A stretch of DNA of 64,000 bases from an uncultured Streptococcus sp. (lineage in GTDB: Bacteria; Bacillota; Bacilli; Lactobacillales; Streptococcaceae), in contig CAUQXM010000003.1 in the NCBI GenBank assembly GCA_963522215.1, positions 306 through 64,305 on the forward strand. Reading direction: 5' to 3'. The notes beneath the pieces are model-generated. The model was given only the letters and a program-made list of their open reading frames with translations, was not told the DNA's origin and ran no database searches. Below are positions 54,132 to 63,744 of the stretch, piece after piece (the first letter of the stretch is position 1; the number at the start of each line of letters is the position of its first letter). Position numbers and translations under genes: made by a program.

Positions 54132-54195
54132 TGAACTGTACCTCAAAAGTTAGACAGAAAAAATCTAATTTTTTGGGTGTTTTTGTTAAGAAAAT
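54132..54195 (+). mobile_element. Isolated left end of an IS3-family (IS861-like) element
   Basis: TGAACTGTACCTCAAAAGTTAGACAGAAAAAATCTAATTTTTTGGGTG; no transposase follows. Confidence 0.65.
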
Positions 54196-54260
54196 ACCTT
54201 CAATCATTTAAGCAAAATGTACATCTAGATTCATAGCCCTCTAAAACTCTTGCTTTTTTG

Positions 54261-54314
54261 TAGAAGATACGAAAAAAGCCATGAAACCAAGGCTTTTCCT
54301 GTTTTATGTAGATG
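54261..54314. repeat. Degenerate copy of the att/terminator repeat at 63566-63624
   Basis: TAGAAGATACGAAAAAAGCCATGAAACCAAGGCTTTTCCTGTTTTATGTAGATG aligns with the 63566 copy. Confidence 0.7.
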
Positions 54315-54459
54315 TTTACACATGAAAATTGAAGTATTTTCAAAAGCTAATTGGAGTGATTTTATTAATGATGGGATAAATGATCTGGCCAAAAATGATT
54401 GAGAAATAGTTGCCAAAAAAACGTTTGCATGATACTATATATTGAAAGGAGGTGATAAT

Positions 54460-55455
54460 ATGGTAGAACGAAAAAAATCAATTACCATGAAAGATGTTGC
54501 TTTAGAAGCAGGAGTTAGTGTTGGAACAGTTTCACGTGTGATTAATAAAGAAAAAGGCATTAAAGAAATAACTTTAAGGAAAGTTCAAAGGGCTATAAAA
54601 ACATTGGACTATATCCCTGATAATTATGCTCGAGGTATGAAAAAGAATAGAACAGAAACTATCGCTTTGATTATTCCGAGCATATGGCATCCATTTTTCT
54701 CGGAGTTTGCCTATCATGTTGAGAAAGAGTTATTAAAATATAATTATAAATTATTTATTTGTAACGCTGATAGTGATTCACAAAATGAAATCGAATATAT
54801 CGAAATGTTGAAACAAAATAAAGTGGATGGAATTATTGGTATTACATATTCTGATATTGACAAATATATTTTATCTGATTTACCGTTTGTAAGTATAGAT
54901 AGACATTTTTCGGAAAATGTATGCTATGTTACTTCAGCAAATTACAAAGGAGGACAAACTGCAGCAGAGGAACTGGTTAGAAGGGATAATAAGCACCTTG
55001 CTTTTATTGGTTCAATTAATATGTATGAGAATGAGACTATACTCAGAAGTAAAGGATTCAGAGAAAAAGCTAAGGAATTAGGAGTAGATGTCTATAATTT
55101 TGAAATGAAAGAACCTTTAATAAATCCTGAAGATCAGATAAGAATTTTTTTGCAATCTCATAAAGAAATTGATGGTATATTTACAATAAATGATATGATG
55201 GCTCTGAGAGTTATTAGTATTATGAAGGAACTGGGGAAAATAGCACCTGATGATTACCAGATAATTGGGTTTGATGGTTTAAAAACTTCTGTCGATCAAT
55301 CTTATCTAGTGTCTACAATAGTTCAAGATATTGGTATGATGGCAAAAGAATCTGTTGCAATGATACTGAAAATGATTAAGCGAGAAGAGATTCTAGAAAA
55401 ACGAATCGTAATTCCCACATATTTTTGGGGAGATAAAACAACAAAAAAAATTTAA
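54460..55455 (+). CDS. susR: LacI-family sucrose/FOS repressor
   Basis: TMKDVALEAGVSVGTVSRVIN; adjacent GH32 operon; ATG after GGAGG. Confidence 0.85.
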   Translation: MVERKKSITMKDVALEAGVSVGTVSRVINKEKGIKEITLRKVQRAIKTLDYIPDNYARGMKKNRTETIALIIPSIWHPFFSEFAYHVEKELLKYNYKLFICNADSDSQNEIEYIEMLKQNKVDGIIGITYSDIDKYILSDLPFVSIDRHFSENVCYVTSANYKGGQTAAEELVRRDNKHLAFIGSINMYENETILRSKGFREKAKELGVDVYNFEMKEPLINPEDQIRIFLQSHKEIDGIFTINDMMALRVISIMKELGKIAPDDYQIIGFDGLKTSVDQSYLVSTIVQDIGMMAKESVAMILKMIKREEILEKRIVIPTYFWGDKTTKKI

Positions 55456-55462
55456 ACAGCAC

Positions 55463-55566
55463 TTGACAAATAATGAAAGCGCTGTTATAATATAAACTAT
55501 AAATGAAACGTTTCAAAAACAAGTTGAAAAACTTGTTTAAAAATAAATAAAAAATGAAACGTTTCA
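55463..55566 (+). promoter_or_regulatory. Promoter with cre and two LacI operators
   Basis: TTGACA-17-TATAAT with TG extension; TGAAAGCGCTGTTA; TGAAACGTTTCA at 55504 and 55555. Confidence 0.8.
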
Positions 55567-55581
55567 AAAAGGAGGAAAAAT

Positions 55582-56892
55582 ATGCGTAAAGGTACAATGT
55601 TATCTGTTGTTGCGGGGCTATCGTTAGCTATACTTGCAGGTTGTAGTGGAGGAACTAACTCAAAACAAGCGAGTTCTTCAAATGATATTAAAGTCTGGGT
55701 ACAATTCTCTGACGAAACCAATGAAGGAAAAGCTTGGCAAAAAGTTGTTGATAACTTTAATCAATCAGGAAAAAGTAAGTACAAGGTTGTAACTGAGTAT
55801 ATTCCTCGTAGTGGTAGTGGTGGAGGATATGAAGACAAGGTTAATGCTGCTATCACGACTAATAGTCTTCCAGATGTTATTACCCTTGATGGACCAAATA
55901 CGGCAGCTTATGCAAAATCTAAAGTGATTACTCCGCTAGATGATTATCTAAAAGATAATAATATGGATGATGTTTTGGACAGTATTAAACAACAAGGAAC
56001 TTATGATGGCAAATTCTATGCATTTGGATTTTCTGAATCGAATGTTGGTGTTTATTACAACAAAAAAATGTTCAAAGAGGCCGGAATTGCGGAATCAGAG
56101 CTTCCAACGCTAGAAAAGCCATGGACATGGGATGAATTTAATACGATTGCTAAAAAATTGAAAGATCATTATAACAAACCGGCAATTGATTTTCGTATTA
56201 ATTCAAACGATGAAATGTTACCATATGCTTATATGCCGTTGATTTGGTCAAATAATGGTTCTGTCGTAAACGAAGATGGAACAAAGGCAGAAGGATACTT
56301 CAACTCAAAAGAGAGTGTAGAAGCAGTTCAATTCATTCAAAATCTTGTAAAAGAAGGTTACACAACTGTTAGTCCAGTCGAAAAAGGTTTTGAAACAGGA
56401 GAGTATCCAATGCTTTTGAGTGGTTCTTGGACGATTGCTGACATGAATACAAACTACAAAGATATTGATTTTGGTATCCTTCCTTACCCAGTATCTAGTA
56501 AGACGAAAAAATTAGTATCCCCTTCAGGTAGTTGGCAATTAGCTGTTACGACAAAATCTGATAAAAAAGAGGCAGCATCTGAATTTGTTAAATTTGCTAC
56601 AAATACAGAATCAAGTGAAATTATTAGCTTGGGGAATTCGGTCCTTCCGATTCGTAAATCTACAATTGAAAATATCAAAGATAAAGTGTCCGAACCAATG
56701 CGTTTCTTGATGGAACAAAATTCAAAAACAGCTCATGCTCGCCCAGTTGTCGTAGCATATCCTCAGGTTTCTCGTGCTTTTCAACAAGCAATGCAAGATA
56801 TTAGCTATTATGAAGAAAATCCAAATGTGCAAAAAGTCTTGGATACTCGTACAAAAGAAATGCAAACTGCTATTGATCAGTCGCTCAAATAA
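55582..56892 (+). CDS. Sugar ABC substrate-binding lipoprotein (sucrose/FOS)
   Basis: Lipobox LAGC; LPDVITLDGP; CUT1 SBP. Confidence 0.9.
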   Translation: MRKGTMLSVVAGLSLAILAGCSGGTNSKQASSSNDIKVWVQFSDETNEGKAWQKVVDNFNQSGKSKYKVVTEYIPRSGSGGGYEDKVNAAITTNSLPDVITLDGPNTAAYAKSKVITPLDDYLKDNNMDDVLDSIKQQGTYDGKFYAFGFSESNVGVYYNKKMFKEAGIAESELPTLEKPWTWDEFNTIAKKLKDHYNKPAIDFRINSNDEMLPYAYMPLIWSNNGSVVNEDGTKAEGYFNSKESVEAVQFIQNLVKEGYTTVSPVEKGFETGEYPMLLSGSWTIADMNTNYKDIDFGILPYPVSSKTKKLVSPSGSWQLAVTTKSDKKEAASEFVKFATNTESSEIISLGNSVLPIRKSTIENIKDKVSEPMRFLMEQNSKTAHARPVVVAYPQVSRAFQQAMQDISYYEENPNVQKVLDTRTKEMQTAIDQSLK

Positions 56893-56981
56893 TCTGTAAA
56901 AAGGAAGGAGGAAGGAAAATGTTTGGAACTACCTTCCCCTTTCTTGTTAATAGCCTAGTTTGATATATATGATTAAAGGAG

Positions 56982-57890
56982 ATGGATATGAGTAAAGAAA
57001 CTGTTGTGGATACAAAAAGACGTGAAAAAATAAAGGATAACATACTAGGTTATAGTTTTTTAGCTCCAGCTTTAATTTTATTAGGTATCTTTTTAGTAAT
57101 TCCAGTTGGAATGGTCATTTATTACGCTTTTACAGATTATTATTTGTTGACACCAGATGAAAGAAAATTTGTTGGACTTGAAAATTTTATTCGATTAATA
57201 AAGGATCCGATTTTCTTAAAGAGCTTCTTGAATACGTTGAAATTTGTTGTTTGGATTATTCCAGTTCAATTGGGAGCAGCCTTAGGAATGGCTTTGATTG
57301 TTAATAAAAAGCGCAAAGGGAATATGTTTTTTAAAGTGGCTTTTTTTGCTCCAGTTGTCATGTCCTTGGTAGTTATTTCTATTCTTTGGCTTTATCTTTT
57401 AAATCCAAATAGTGGCTTATTAAATGCTATTTTAAATAAGGTAGGTATTGCTTCTCAACCTTTCTTGACTAGTCCTAAACAAGCTATGTATGCAATTGTT
57501 TTTGTTTCTGCTTGGCAGGGTGCAGGTTATCAGATGCTTTTATTTTTAGGAGGAATGCAGAATATTCCACAAGATGTCTATGAAGCTGCTGAATTAGATG
57601 GATTCTCAAAATGGGCTCAGTTTCGTTATATCACGATGCCTCTACTAAAACCAACAGCCCTGTTTGTATTGTTAACAACTTTAATTTCTGCTTTTAAGCT
57701 GATTGTACAACCAATGGTTATGACGCAAGGTGGGCCATTAAACTCAACAATTACTATGGTGTACTATATTTATCAACAAGGTTTTACTGATCGTCTTGTA
57801 GGATATTCTAGCTCAATCGCTTTAGTATTTACAACGTTAATTGGTATGATTAGCTTAGTACAACGTCGCGTTCTGAAGGAGGATGACTAA
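56982..57890 (+). CDS. Sugar ABC permease
   Basis: FVGLENF, YEAAELDG, ITMPLLKP. Confidence 0.92.
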   Translation: MDMSKETVVDTKRREKIKDNILGYSFLAPALILLGIFLVIPVGMVIYYAFTDYYLLTPDERKFVGLENFIRLIKDPIFLKSFLNTLKFVVWIIPVQLGAALGMALIVNKKRKGNMFFKVAFFAPVVMSLVVISILWLYLLNPNSGLLNAILNKVGIASQPFLTSPKQAMYAIVFVSAWQGAGYQMLLFLGGMQNIPQDVYEAAELDGFSKWAQFRYITMPLLKPTALFVLLTTLISAFKLIVQPMVMTQGGPLNSTITMVYYIYQQGFTDRLVGYSSSIALVFTTLIGMISLVQRRVLKEDD

Positions 57891-58737
57891 GATGAAACGA
57901 TTTAAACCAACAACAATCTTAGAATATATTCTGTTAACTTTATTGGCAGGACTCTTCCTTTTTCCTATGGTTTGGATGGTAGTTTCAGCTATGAAGCCAG
58001 AAGCGGATGTTTATAAAAATTTGACTAGTTGGCAAGCCTTCTTACCAAGTTTAAATCCCGCTGATTGGTTTAAACCTTATCAGGAAGTATTTGAGCGCTT
58101 TAGTATTTTTACATATCTAGGGAACAGCATTTTTTATGCTGGAACGTTTGCTATTGGTTCTATTATTGTCAATGCACTGGCCGGTTTCGCTTTTGCAAAA
58201 GTAAATTTTTCAGGTAAGAAAATTTTATTTGGTTTCTTACTTGCTTTACTTATTATTCCAGTAGAAACTGTGTTAATTCCACAATTTACCATTATCAATT
58301 CCTTAGGTTTGGTCAATAATCGTCTTGCAGTTATTATTCCAGGATTGGCGAGTGTATTTAATATTTACTTATTTAGGAATTTCTTTATTGCAATTCCAGA
58401 AGAGATTCTTGAGTCTGCAAAGATGGACGGAGCAAGTATCGTTAGAATTTTCTTTAGAATTATGCTTCCAATGTCTAAACCTGCAGTTGCTACAGTTGGT
58501 GTTTTATCATTTATTTCAAGCTGGAATGATTATATTTGGCCATTGATGGTTTTGACAGATTCTTCTAAATTTTCAATGCAGGTTGCAATTACAACTATTA
58601 ATACAACTCAACCAGTTTATATCAATCAGGTAATGGCTGTATTAACTATTTCAACGATTCCGTTGATTTTGGTCTATGTAGTCGCTCAGAAATATATTGT
58701 TCAAGGTCTGGGTGGTTCCGGAACTGGAATAAAATAG
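57883..58737 (+). CDS. Sugar ABC permease
   Basis: ESAKMDGAS, SWNDYIWP. Confidence 0.92.
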   Translation: MTKMKRFKPTTILEYILLTLLAGLFLFPMVWMVVSAMKPEADVYKNLTSWQAFLPSLNPADWFKPYQEVFERFSIFTYLGNSIFYAGTFAIGSIIVNALAGFAFAKVNFSGKKILFGFLLALLIIPVETVLIPQFTIINSLGLVNNRLAVIIPGLASVFNIYLFRNFFIAIPEEILESAKMDGASIVRIFFRIMLPMSKPAVATVGVLSFISSWNDYIWPLMVLTDSSKFSMQVAITTINTTQPVYINQVMAVLTISTIPLILVYVVAQKYIVQGLGGSGTGIK

Positions 58738-58746
58738 GATATACTT

Positions 58747-60066
58747 ATGATAAATAAAACATTTACAGTAGAAAAAGCCAATCGTTTTATAGCAGAAAAT
58801 AAACATCTTGTAAATACTCAATATAAGCCTGAAGAACATTTTTCAGCTGAGATTGGCTGGATCAATGATCCAAATGGATTTGTCTATTTTCGTGGAGAAT
58901 ACCATCTCTTTTATCAATTCTATCCTTATGATAGTGTTTGGGGACCTATGCACTGGGGTCATGCTAAAAGTAAGGACTTGGTGACTTGGGAGCACTTGCC
59001 GGTGGCACTTGCTCCTGACCAAGATTATGACCGAAATGGTTGCTTCTCAGGCTCTGCCATTGTCAAGGATGATCGCCTCTGGCTCATGTATACTGGGCAT
59101 ATCGAAGAAGAAACAGGTATTCGTCAAGTGCAAAATATGGCATTTTCAGATGACGGGATTCACTTTGAAAAGATTGAACAAAATCCAGTTGCAACTGGAG
59201 CAGACTTGCCAGATGAGTTAATTGCTGCTGATTTCCGTGATCCAAAACTCTTTGAAAAAGATGGACGCTATTACTCCGTAGTAGCTGCCAAACACAAGGA
59301 TAATGTGGGCTGTATCGTTCTACTAGGGTCCGATAACCTAGTAGAATGGCAGTTCGAATCCATCTTTTTAAAAGGTGTGGAACATCAAGGTTTTATGTGG
59401 GAATGTCCAGACTACTTCGAGTTAGATGGGAAGGATTGCCTGATTATGTCACCCATGCGTTATCAGCGTGAGGGAGACTCATATCATAACATCAACTCAT
59501 CGGTTTTGTTCACGGGTAAGGTAGATTGGGGAGAAAAACGTTTTATCCCAGAATCAGTTCAAGAAATTGATCATGGCCAAGACTTCTATGCGCCTCAAAC
59601 ATTGTTGGACGATCAAAATCGTCGTATCCTGATTGCTTGGATGCAGACATGGGGGCGTACCCTTCCAACCCATGACCGAGAACATAAATGGGCTGGTGTC
59701 ATGACTTTACCTAGAATTCTAAGATTGGAAGATGGCAAACTAAGACAATTCCCTGTTAAAAAAGGCCAATATCAAATCCAAATAGATAAAGATTGTCATT
59801 ACCACTTAGGAAATGATACAGATTATCTTGAATTTGGTTATGACAGTAATACGCAGCAAGTTTACATTGATCGTAGCCATCTTGTTCAAAAAATTCTAGG
59901 TGAAGAAGAACAGGACACTAGTCGACGGTATGTAGATATTGAAGCTAAAGAATTGGATGTTATTTTAGATAAAAATTCCATCGAGATTTTTGTCAATCAA
60001 GGTGAAGCAAGCTTGACTGCAACTTATTACTTAACAGTACCAGCGGAGCTATCACGAATCGATTAA
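58747..60066 (+). CDS. susA: GH32 beta-fructofuranosidase/sucrose hydrolase
   Basis: WINDPNG, FRDP, WECP catalytic motifs. Confidence 0.92.
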   Translation: MINKTFTVEKANRFIAENKHLVNTQYKPEEHFSAEIGWINDPNGFVYFRGEYHLFYQFYPYDSVWGPMHWGHAKSKDLVTWEHLPVALAPDQDYDRNGCFSGSAIVKDDRLWLMYTGHIEEETGIRQVQNMAFSDDGIHFEKIEQNPVATGADLPDELIAADFRDPKLFEKDGRYYSVVAAKHKDNVGCIVLLGSDNLVEWQFESIFLKGVEHQGFMWECPDYFELDGKDCLIMSPMRYQREGDSYHNINSSVLFTGKVDWGEKRFIPESVQEIDHGQDFYAPQTLLDDQNRRILIAWMQTWGRTLPTHDREHKWAGVMTLPRILRLEDGKLRQFPVKKGQYQIQIDKDCHYHLGNDTDYLEFGYDSNTQQVYIDRSHLVQKILGEEEQDTSRRYVDIEAKELDVILDKNSIEIFVNQGEASLTATYYLTVPAELSRID

Positions 60067-60091
60067 AAATTAAGTTATTTCTCCTAAAGAA

Positions 60092-60130
60092 AAAGTTCTC
60101 TTTCTAGTAAAATGGAAAGAGAACTTTTTT
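60092..60130. terminator. Bidirectional terminator
   Basis: AAAGTTCTCTTTC..GAAAGAGAACTTT between convergent genes. Confidence 0.75.
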
Positions 60131-61009
60131 CTAGTTTATCTGAGAATGTTTCTGTTTAAACAACTCAATTTTATAATTACAGTAATTGATTAAATCTCGA
60201 GTTTTCTCAAAAGTATAGCCTTTTTCAGAAACTGTTTTGACAGTTTTATCATCAAAATAGTAGCCAGTCAAACCAGTGACTTCTTCTGAAAATGTAAGAT
60301 AGTAGCCTGTTTCAATTCCCTTGTCTAGATTTTTGGAAAATGACTTCATCAAGCGTCCGAAGAGAGACTTTTTCGTCTTTTCATCACTGGAATCATTCCC
60401 TAAGTTGGTTGAAATCAAGCCAGGATGGTAAGAATTGACGGTGATGCTTGAACCACTTAAAAAGAAGTCTCTGGACAGATAACGTGTCATCCAAATAGTG
60501 TAAAGTTTGGAATTATTGTAGGCCAATCCGGGATTATAGTTGTTCTCAAATCCAAAGTCTAAATCCTTGACCTTGGCAAAATGATGCATATAGGAAGAAG
60601 TATTAATGACACGGCCGTCAGCCGCTTTTTCTAACAAGGGACTTAGCTCAGTTGTTAAAATATAAGGAACCAGAACAGATAGCATAAAAGTCAACTCGAC
60701 ATTTTCAGCACTCGCTTTTCGTTCTTTTCCGGCATACAGGCCTGCATTGTTAAACAAGACATCAATACTTTGAAATTCTCTCTTGATTTCCTCTACAAAT
60801 CGATAAACATCGTCTAATTTTGAAAAATCTGCCAAGTAGCTAGAAACTCTCCCTCTCAAGGAAACTGCCCGAACCTCTTGAAGCACCAGCTCAAGTTTTT
60901 GGGGATTTCGACCATGGAGGATGACATGATGCCCTTTACTGGCCAATTTCTTTGCCAAATGTTTACCGATACCGTCAGTAGCACCTGTAATCAGAATCGT
61001 TTTGACCAT
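60131..61009 (-). CDS. SDR-family oxidoreductase
   Basis: ITGATDGIG, NNAG, YNNSK; start MVKTIL after GGAGG. Confidence 0.9.
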   Translation of the reverse strand: MVKTILITGATDGIGKHLAKKLASKGHHVILHGRNPQKLELVLQEVRAVSLRGRVSSYLADFSKLDDVYRFVEEIKREFQSIDVLFNNAGLYAGKERKASAENVELTFMLSVLVPYILTTELSPLLEKAADGRVINTSSYMHHFAKVKDLDFGFENNYNPGLAYNNSKLYTIWMTRYLSRDFFLSGSSITVNSYHPGLISTNLGNDSSDEKTKKSLFGRLMKSFSKNLDKGIETGYYLTFSEEVTGLTGYYFDDKTVKTVSEKGYTFEKTRDLINYCNYKIELFKQKHSQIN

Positions 61010-61010
61010 A

Positions 61011-61848
61011 TTAGTCCTCCAAGAAAGCCAGTAGTTCTTTTGAAAATTCGTCTGCATATTGGAAAATCGAACCGTGGCCAGCATTTGGATAGATGATGAG
61101 TTTACTATTTTTGATTTTTTCATGCATGTGATAAGAATTTTCCGTTGGAACCTGCATACCCTTATCCCCGTTGACGATTAAGGTTGGTTGGGTGATGAAT
61201 TGAAGGTCGTCCTGCGAATCTTTTCCCCAACGTTTAATAGCTTTGAGTTGAGTTAGGAATCCTGGTAGGTTCATGTCTTTATCCGCAAATTCCTTTGTTC
61301 TTATAACCCATTCGTCCTAGGACTTTCAAAGCTTCAATTTTCCCTTGTTCATCATGATTATAGAAGATATAGCGTTTAGGATCGATGCGCTCGAGTCCCG
61401 CTTTAAACATATAGTTAAAGGTTTTCCCTGTGACCTTATCGACCTCTTTTCCGCCTCGAGGTCCTGTTCCAGCCAAGATTAAACGATTGACTAGAGTAGG
61501 ATTTATTCTGATGATTTCTTGGGCAATCATATCTCCCATAGAAAGGCCAAGAAGATTGATTTTATCGTAACCAAGCGCTTTTACAAAGTCAATTGTCTGC
61601 TTAGCCATTCCAGGAATCGTCGGAGCAACTTTGCCCTGACTGGCTCCTACTCCAGGAAGATCGACTACAATGACATGGTGCTTTTCAGCAATCAAGTCTA
61701 AGAGTTTAGGATCCCAGTTATCGAGAGTTGCTGTCAAATGGACCAGCATCAGAAGAGGTAGTTTTGATTTACTTTTACTAAGTTCGCGATAAGCTATTTT
61801 GTTCCCGTCGACTGTGATGTATTGATTTTTAGTTGTAAGATATGACAT
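61011..61848 (-). pseudogene. Alpha/beta hydrolase, frameshifted near 61305
   Basis: GLSMG in the 5' ORF and YPNAGHG in the 3' ORF; removing one base restores ..RTKEFADKDMNLPG. Confidence 0.8.
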
Positions 61849-61861
61849 TGTGTTTTCCTTT

Positions 61862-62866
61862 TTATTTCTTAAAGCTGAGGACTGTTTTTCCACGTGAGCG
61901 ACCATTAGCGACCTTGTCTAAGGCGCTATTTACCTCTTCAAATGGATAAACTGTATCGATAGAGGGTTTGATTTCTAATTTACTAAAGAGGTCAGCTACC
62001 TCTTGTAATTGAGCGCCATTGCTTTCTACAAAGATAAAATGGTAGTGGACGCCATATTTTTCCGCCATCTTATCAAATTTGCGACCTGCTAGGCCTAGAA
62101 TAATCTGTTTCCATTTTGGTAGATTCATGCGTTTGGCAAAGGCACCGTTTGGCATGGCACGAAGTGAAACAAGATGACCACCTTTTTTCATGATAGACAT
62201 TTGTTTTTCAGTTTCAGCTCCACCGAGAGTATCGAGGACATAATCCACCTGACTAACAGTTTTTGTATAATCCTCTGTTTTGTAATCGATAAATCTATCT
62301 GCTCCTAGTTTCAACACACGCTCAGCACTATCTCCAGAACCGTTGGTGATGACTTTCAAACCTTTGGCCTTGGCAATCGGAATGGCCATTCCACCGACTC
62401 CTCCAGTACCACCAGAAATAAAGATCGTTTTCCCAGCTTGAGCGCCCATGAGGTCAAGAGCCTGCATGATAGTCAAGGCAGTAAGAGGAACAGCAGCAGC
62501 TTCCTCGTCTGATAGATAGTCTGGAGCCTTGGCTAAGGCTTGGCTATCGACAGCTACGTATTCTGCAAAGGCGCCGATATGATCAAGTGGCAGACGGCCA
62601 AAAACTCGGTCTCCGACTTTGAAATTTTTGACTTGTCTACCTGTCGCCTCAACGATTCCAACCACTTCGTTACCTGCAGTTTGAGGAAGTTTGTAAGGAA
62701 CAATCATCTTAACCTCACCACGAGAGATCATGTTATCGAGAGGATTAACCCCGGCTGCGGTGACTTTAACTAAAACTTCTTTTTCTGTAATACTTGGTTT
62801 AGCGATTTCTGTGATGTTCAGTGTGATATTATTTTTGTTATAAGTAGTGTGTTGTGCGGCTTTCAT
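61862..62866 (-). CDS. NADP-dependent MDR/quinone-oxidoreductase-like protein
   Basis: AAGVNPLD, GGTGGVG, GRSRGKTV; start MKAAQH. Confidence 0.9.
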   Translation of the reverse strand: MKAAQHTTYNKNNITLNITEIAKPSITEKEVLVKVTAAGVNPLDNMISRGEVKMIVPYKLPQTAGNEVVGIVEATGRQVKNFKVGDRVFGRLPLDHIGAFAEYVAVDSQALAKAPDYLSDEEAAAVPLTALTIMQALDLMGAQAGKTIFISGGTGGVGGMAIPIAKAKGLKVITNGSGDSAERVLKLGADRFIDYKTEDYTKTVSQVDYVLDTLGGAETEKQMSIMKKGGHLVSLRAMPNGAFAKRMNLPKWKQIILGLAGRKFDKMAEKYGVHYHFIFVESNGAQLQEVADLFSKLEIKPSIDTVYPFEEVNSALDKVANGRSRGKTVLSFKK

Positions 62867-62901
62867 GTGTTTTCTCTTTTCTTTTTTAATATGATTATTA
62901 T

Positions 62902-62920
62902 ACCTGTATCTGATACAAGT
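62902..62920. promoter_or_regulatory. Putative Rrf2 operator 2
   Basis: ACCTGTATC-T-GATACAAGT. Confidence 0.7.
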
Positions 62921-62957
62921 ATATGTTATTTCCAGTAAAAACTGACTTGTTATCAAA

Positions 62958-63389
62958 TCAGTTTCGGACTTGTTTGGCTTGTTTATATAGATTGTCAATG
63001 ACATCTTCTAAAGTTTGATTTGCTAATTCCTCCTCTAATTGAGATTCGGCACTAGCGAAAAGCGGTGAAACTGCTCCTTGGATATGTTTTCCAACGGGAC
63101 AATCGGGATTACTATTTTGATGAACAGGGAATAAACTAATATGATTGATTTCTTGAGTAGCATAGTAGATCTCTAGTAAAGTCATTTTCTTTGGAGGCTT
63201 ACTGAGTTGATAGCCTGTTTTTCCTTGCTGGGAATGAATCAAATTTGCATTTTTCAATAAGGAAATCACCTTTCGAATATAACTAGCGTTAGTCCCAACA
63301 CTAATAGCTAGTGCTTGAGAACTTAATGTTTCCTTGCTTTCATTAATCATTGTTAAGATATGCAAAGCAACTGAGAATTTTGTATCCAT
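62958..63389 (-). CDS. Rrf2-family regulator (single conserved Cys, NPDCPVG)
   Basis: FSVALHIL, SVGTNASYIRKV, TLLEIY. Confidence 0.9.
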   Translation of the reverse strand: MDTKFSVALHILTMINESKETLSSQALAISVGTNASYIRKVISLLKNANLIHSQQGKTGYQLSKPPKKMTLLEIYYATQEINHISLFPVHQNSNPDCPVGKHIQGAVSPLFASAESQLEEELANQTLEDVIDNLYKQAKQVRN

Positions 63390-63410
63390 ATGAATCCCTC
63401 TCTTAATAAA

Positions 63411-63427
63411 CTTGTATCAGATACAAG
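63411..63427. promoter_or_regulatory. Putative Rrf2 operator 1
   Basis: Perfect palindrome CTTGTATC-A-GATACAAG. Confidence 0.75.
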
Positions 63428-63565
63428 AACAAGTATATCAAAAATAAAAAGAAAAGCAAGACTTTTGTTTTAAATTTTTTAAAATTTTAAGTGCAATCAG
63501 ATTAGAGCTGTCTGGGAAGGGTGTTCATAAAATTATACCGTTGATATCCATTAGTTGAACAAAAG

Positions 63566-63744
63566 TAGAACAGATACACAAAAAAGCCTAGTAAATCAAG
63601 GCTTTTTCCTGTTGTATTTAGATGCCCCCTACAGGGATTTGGAAAGGACTTTCATATTGAGAGCAATTAAAAATATTGAAATATAAGTGATTTTAGGTAT
63701 TTTCAATGTCATGATTTAAAAATGGGACAAAAGTGGGGCAAAAA
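63566..63744 (-). mobile_element. att-like site: tRNA 3'-end duplicate, terminator and arm-type repeats
   Basis: Minus strand TCCCTGTAGGGGGCA (63623-63637) followed by AAAAAGCCT..AGGCTTTTTT; TGGGACAAAA-G-TGGGGCAAAA at 63723-63743. Confidence 0.6.

Noticed and set aside
55501..55570. Direct repeat AAATGAAACGTTTCAAAAA as a possible mini-CRISPR
   Set aside because: Only two copies, palindromic LacI-type operators, no cas genes
63600..63660. Possible complete tRNA
   Set aside because: Only about 15 nt resembling a 3' end; no TTCGA loop, anticodon arm or D arm
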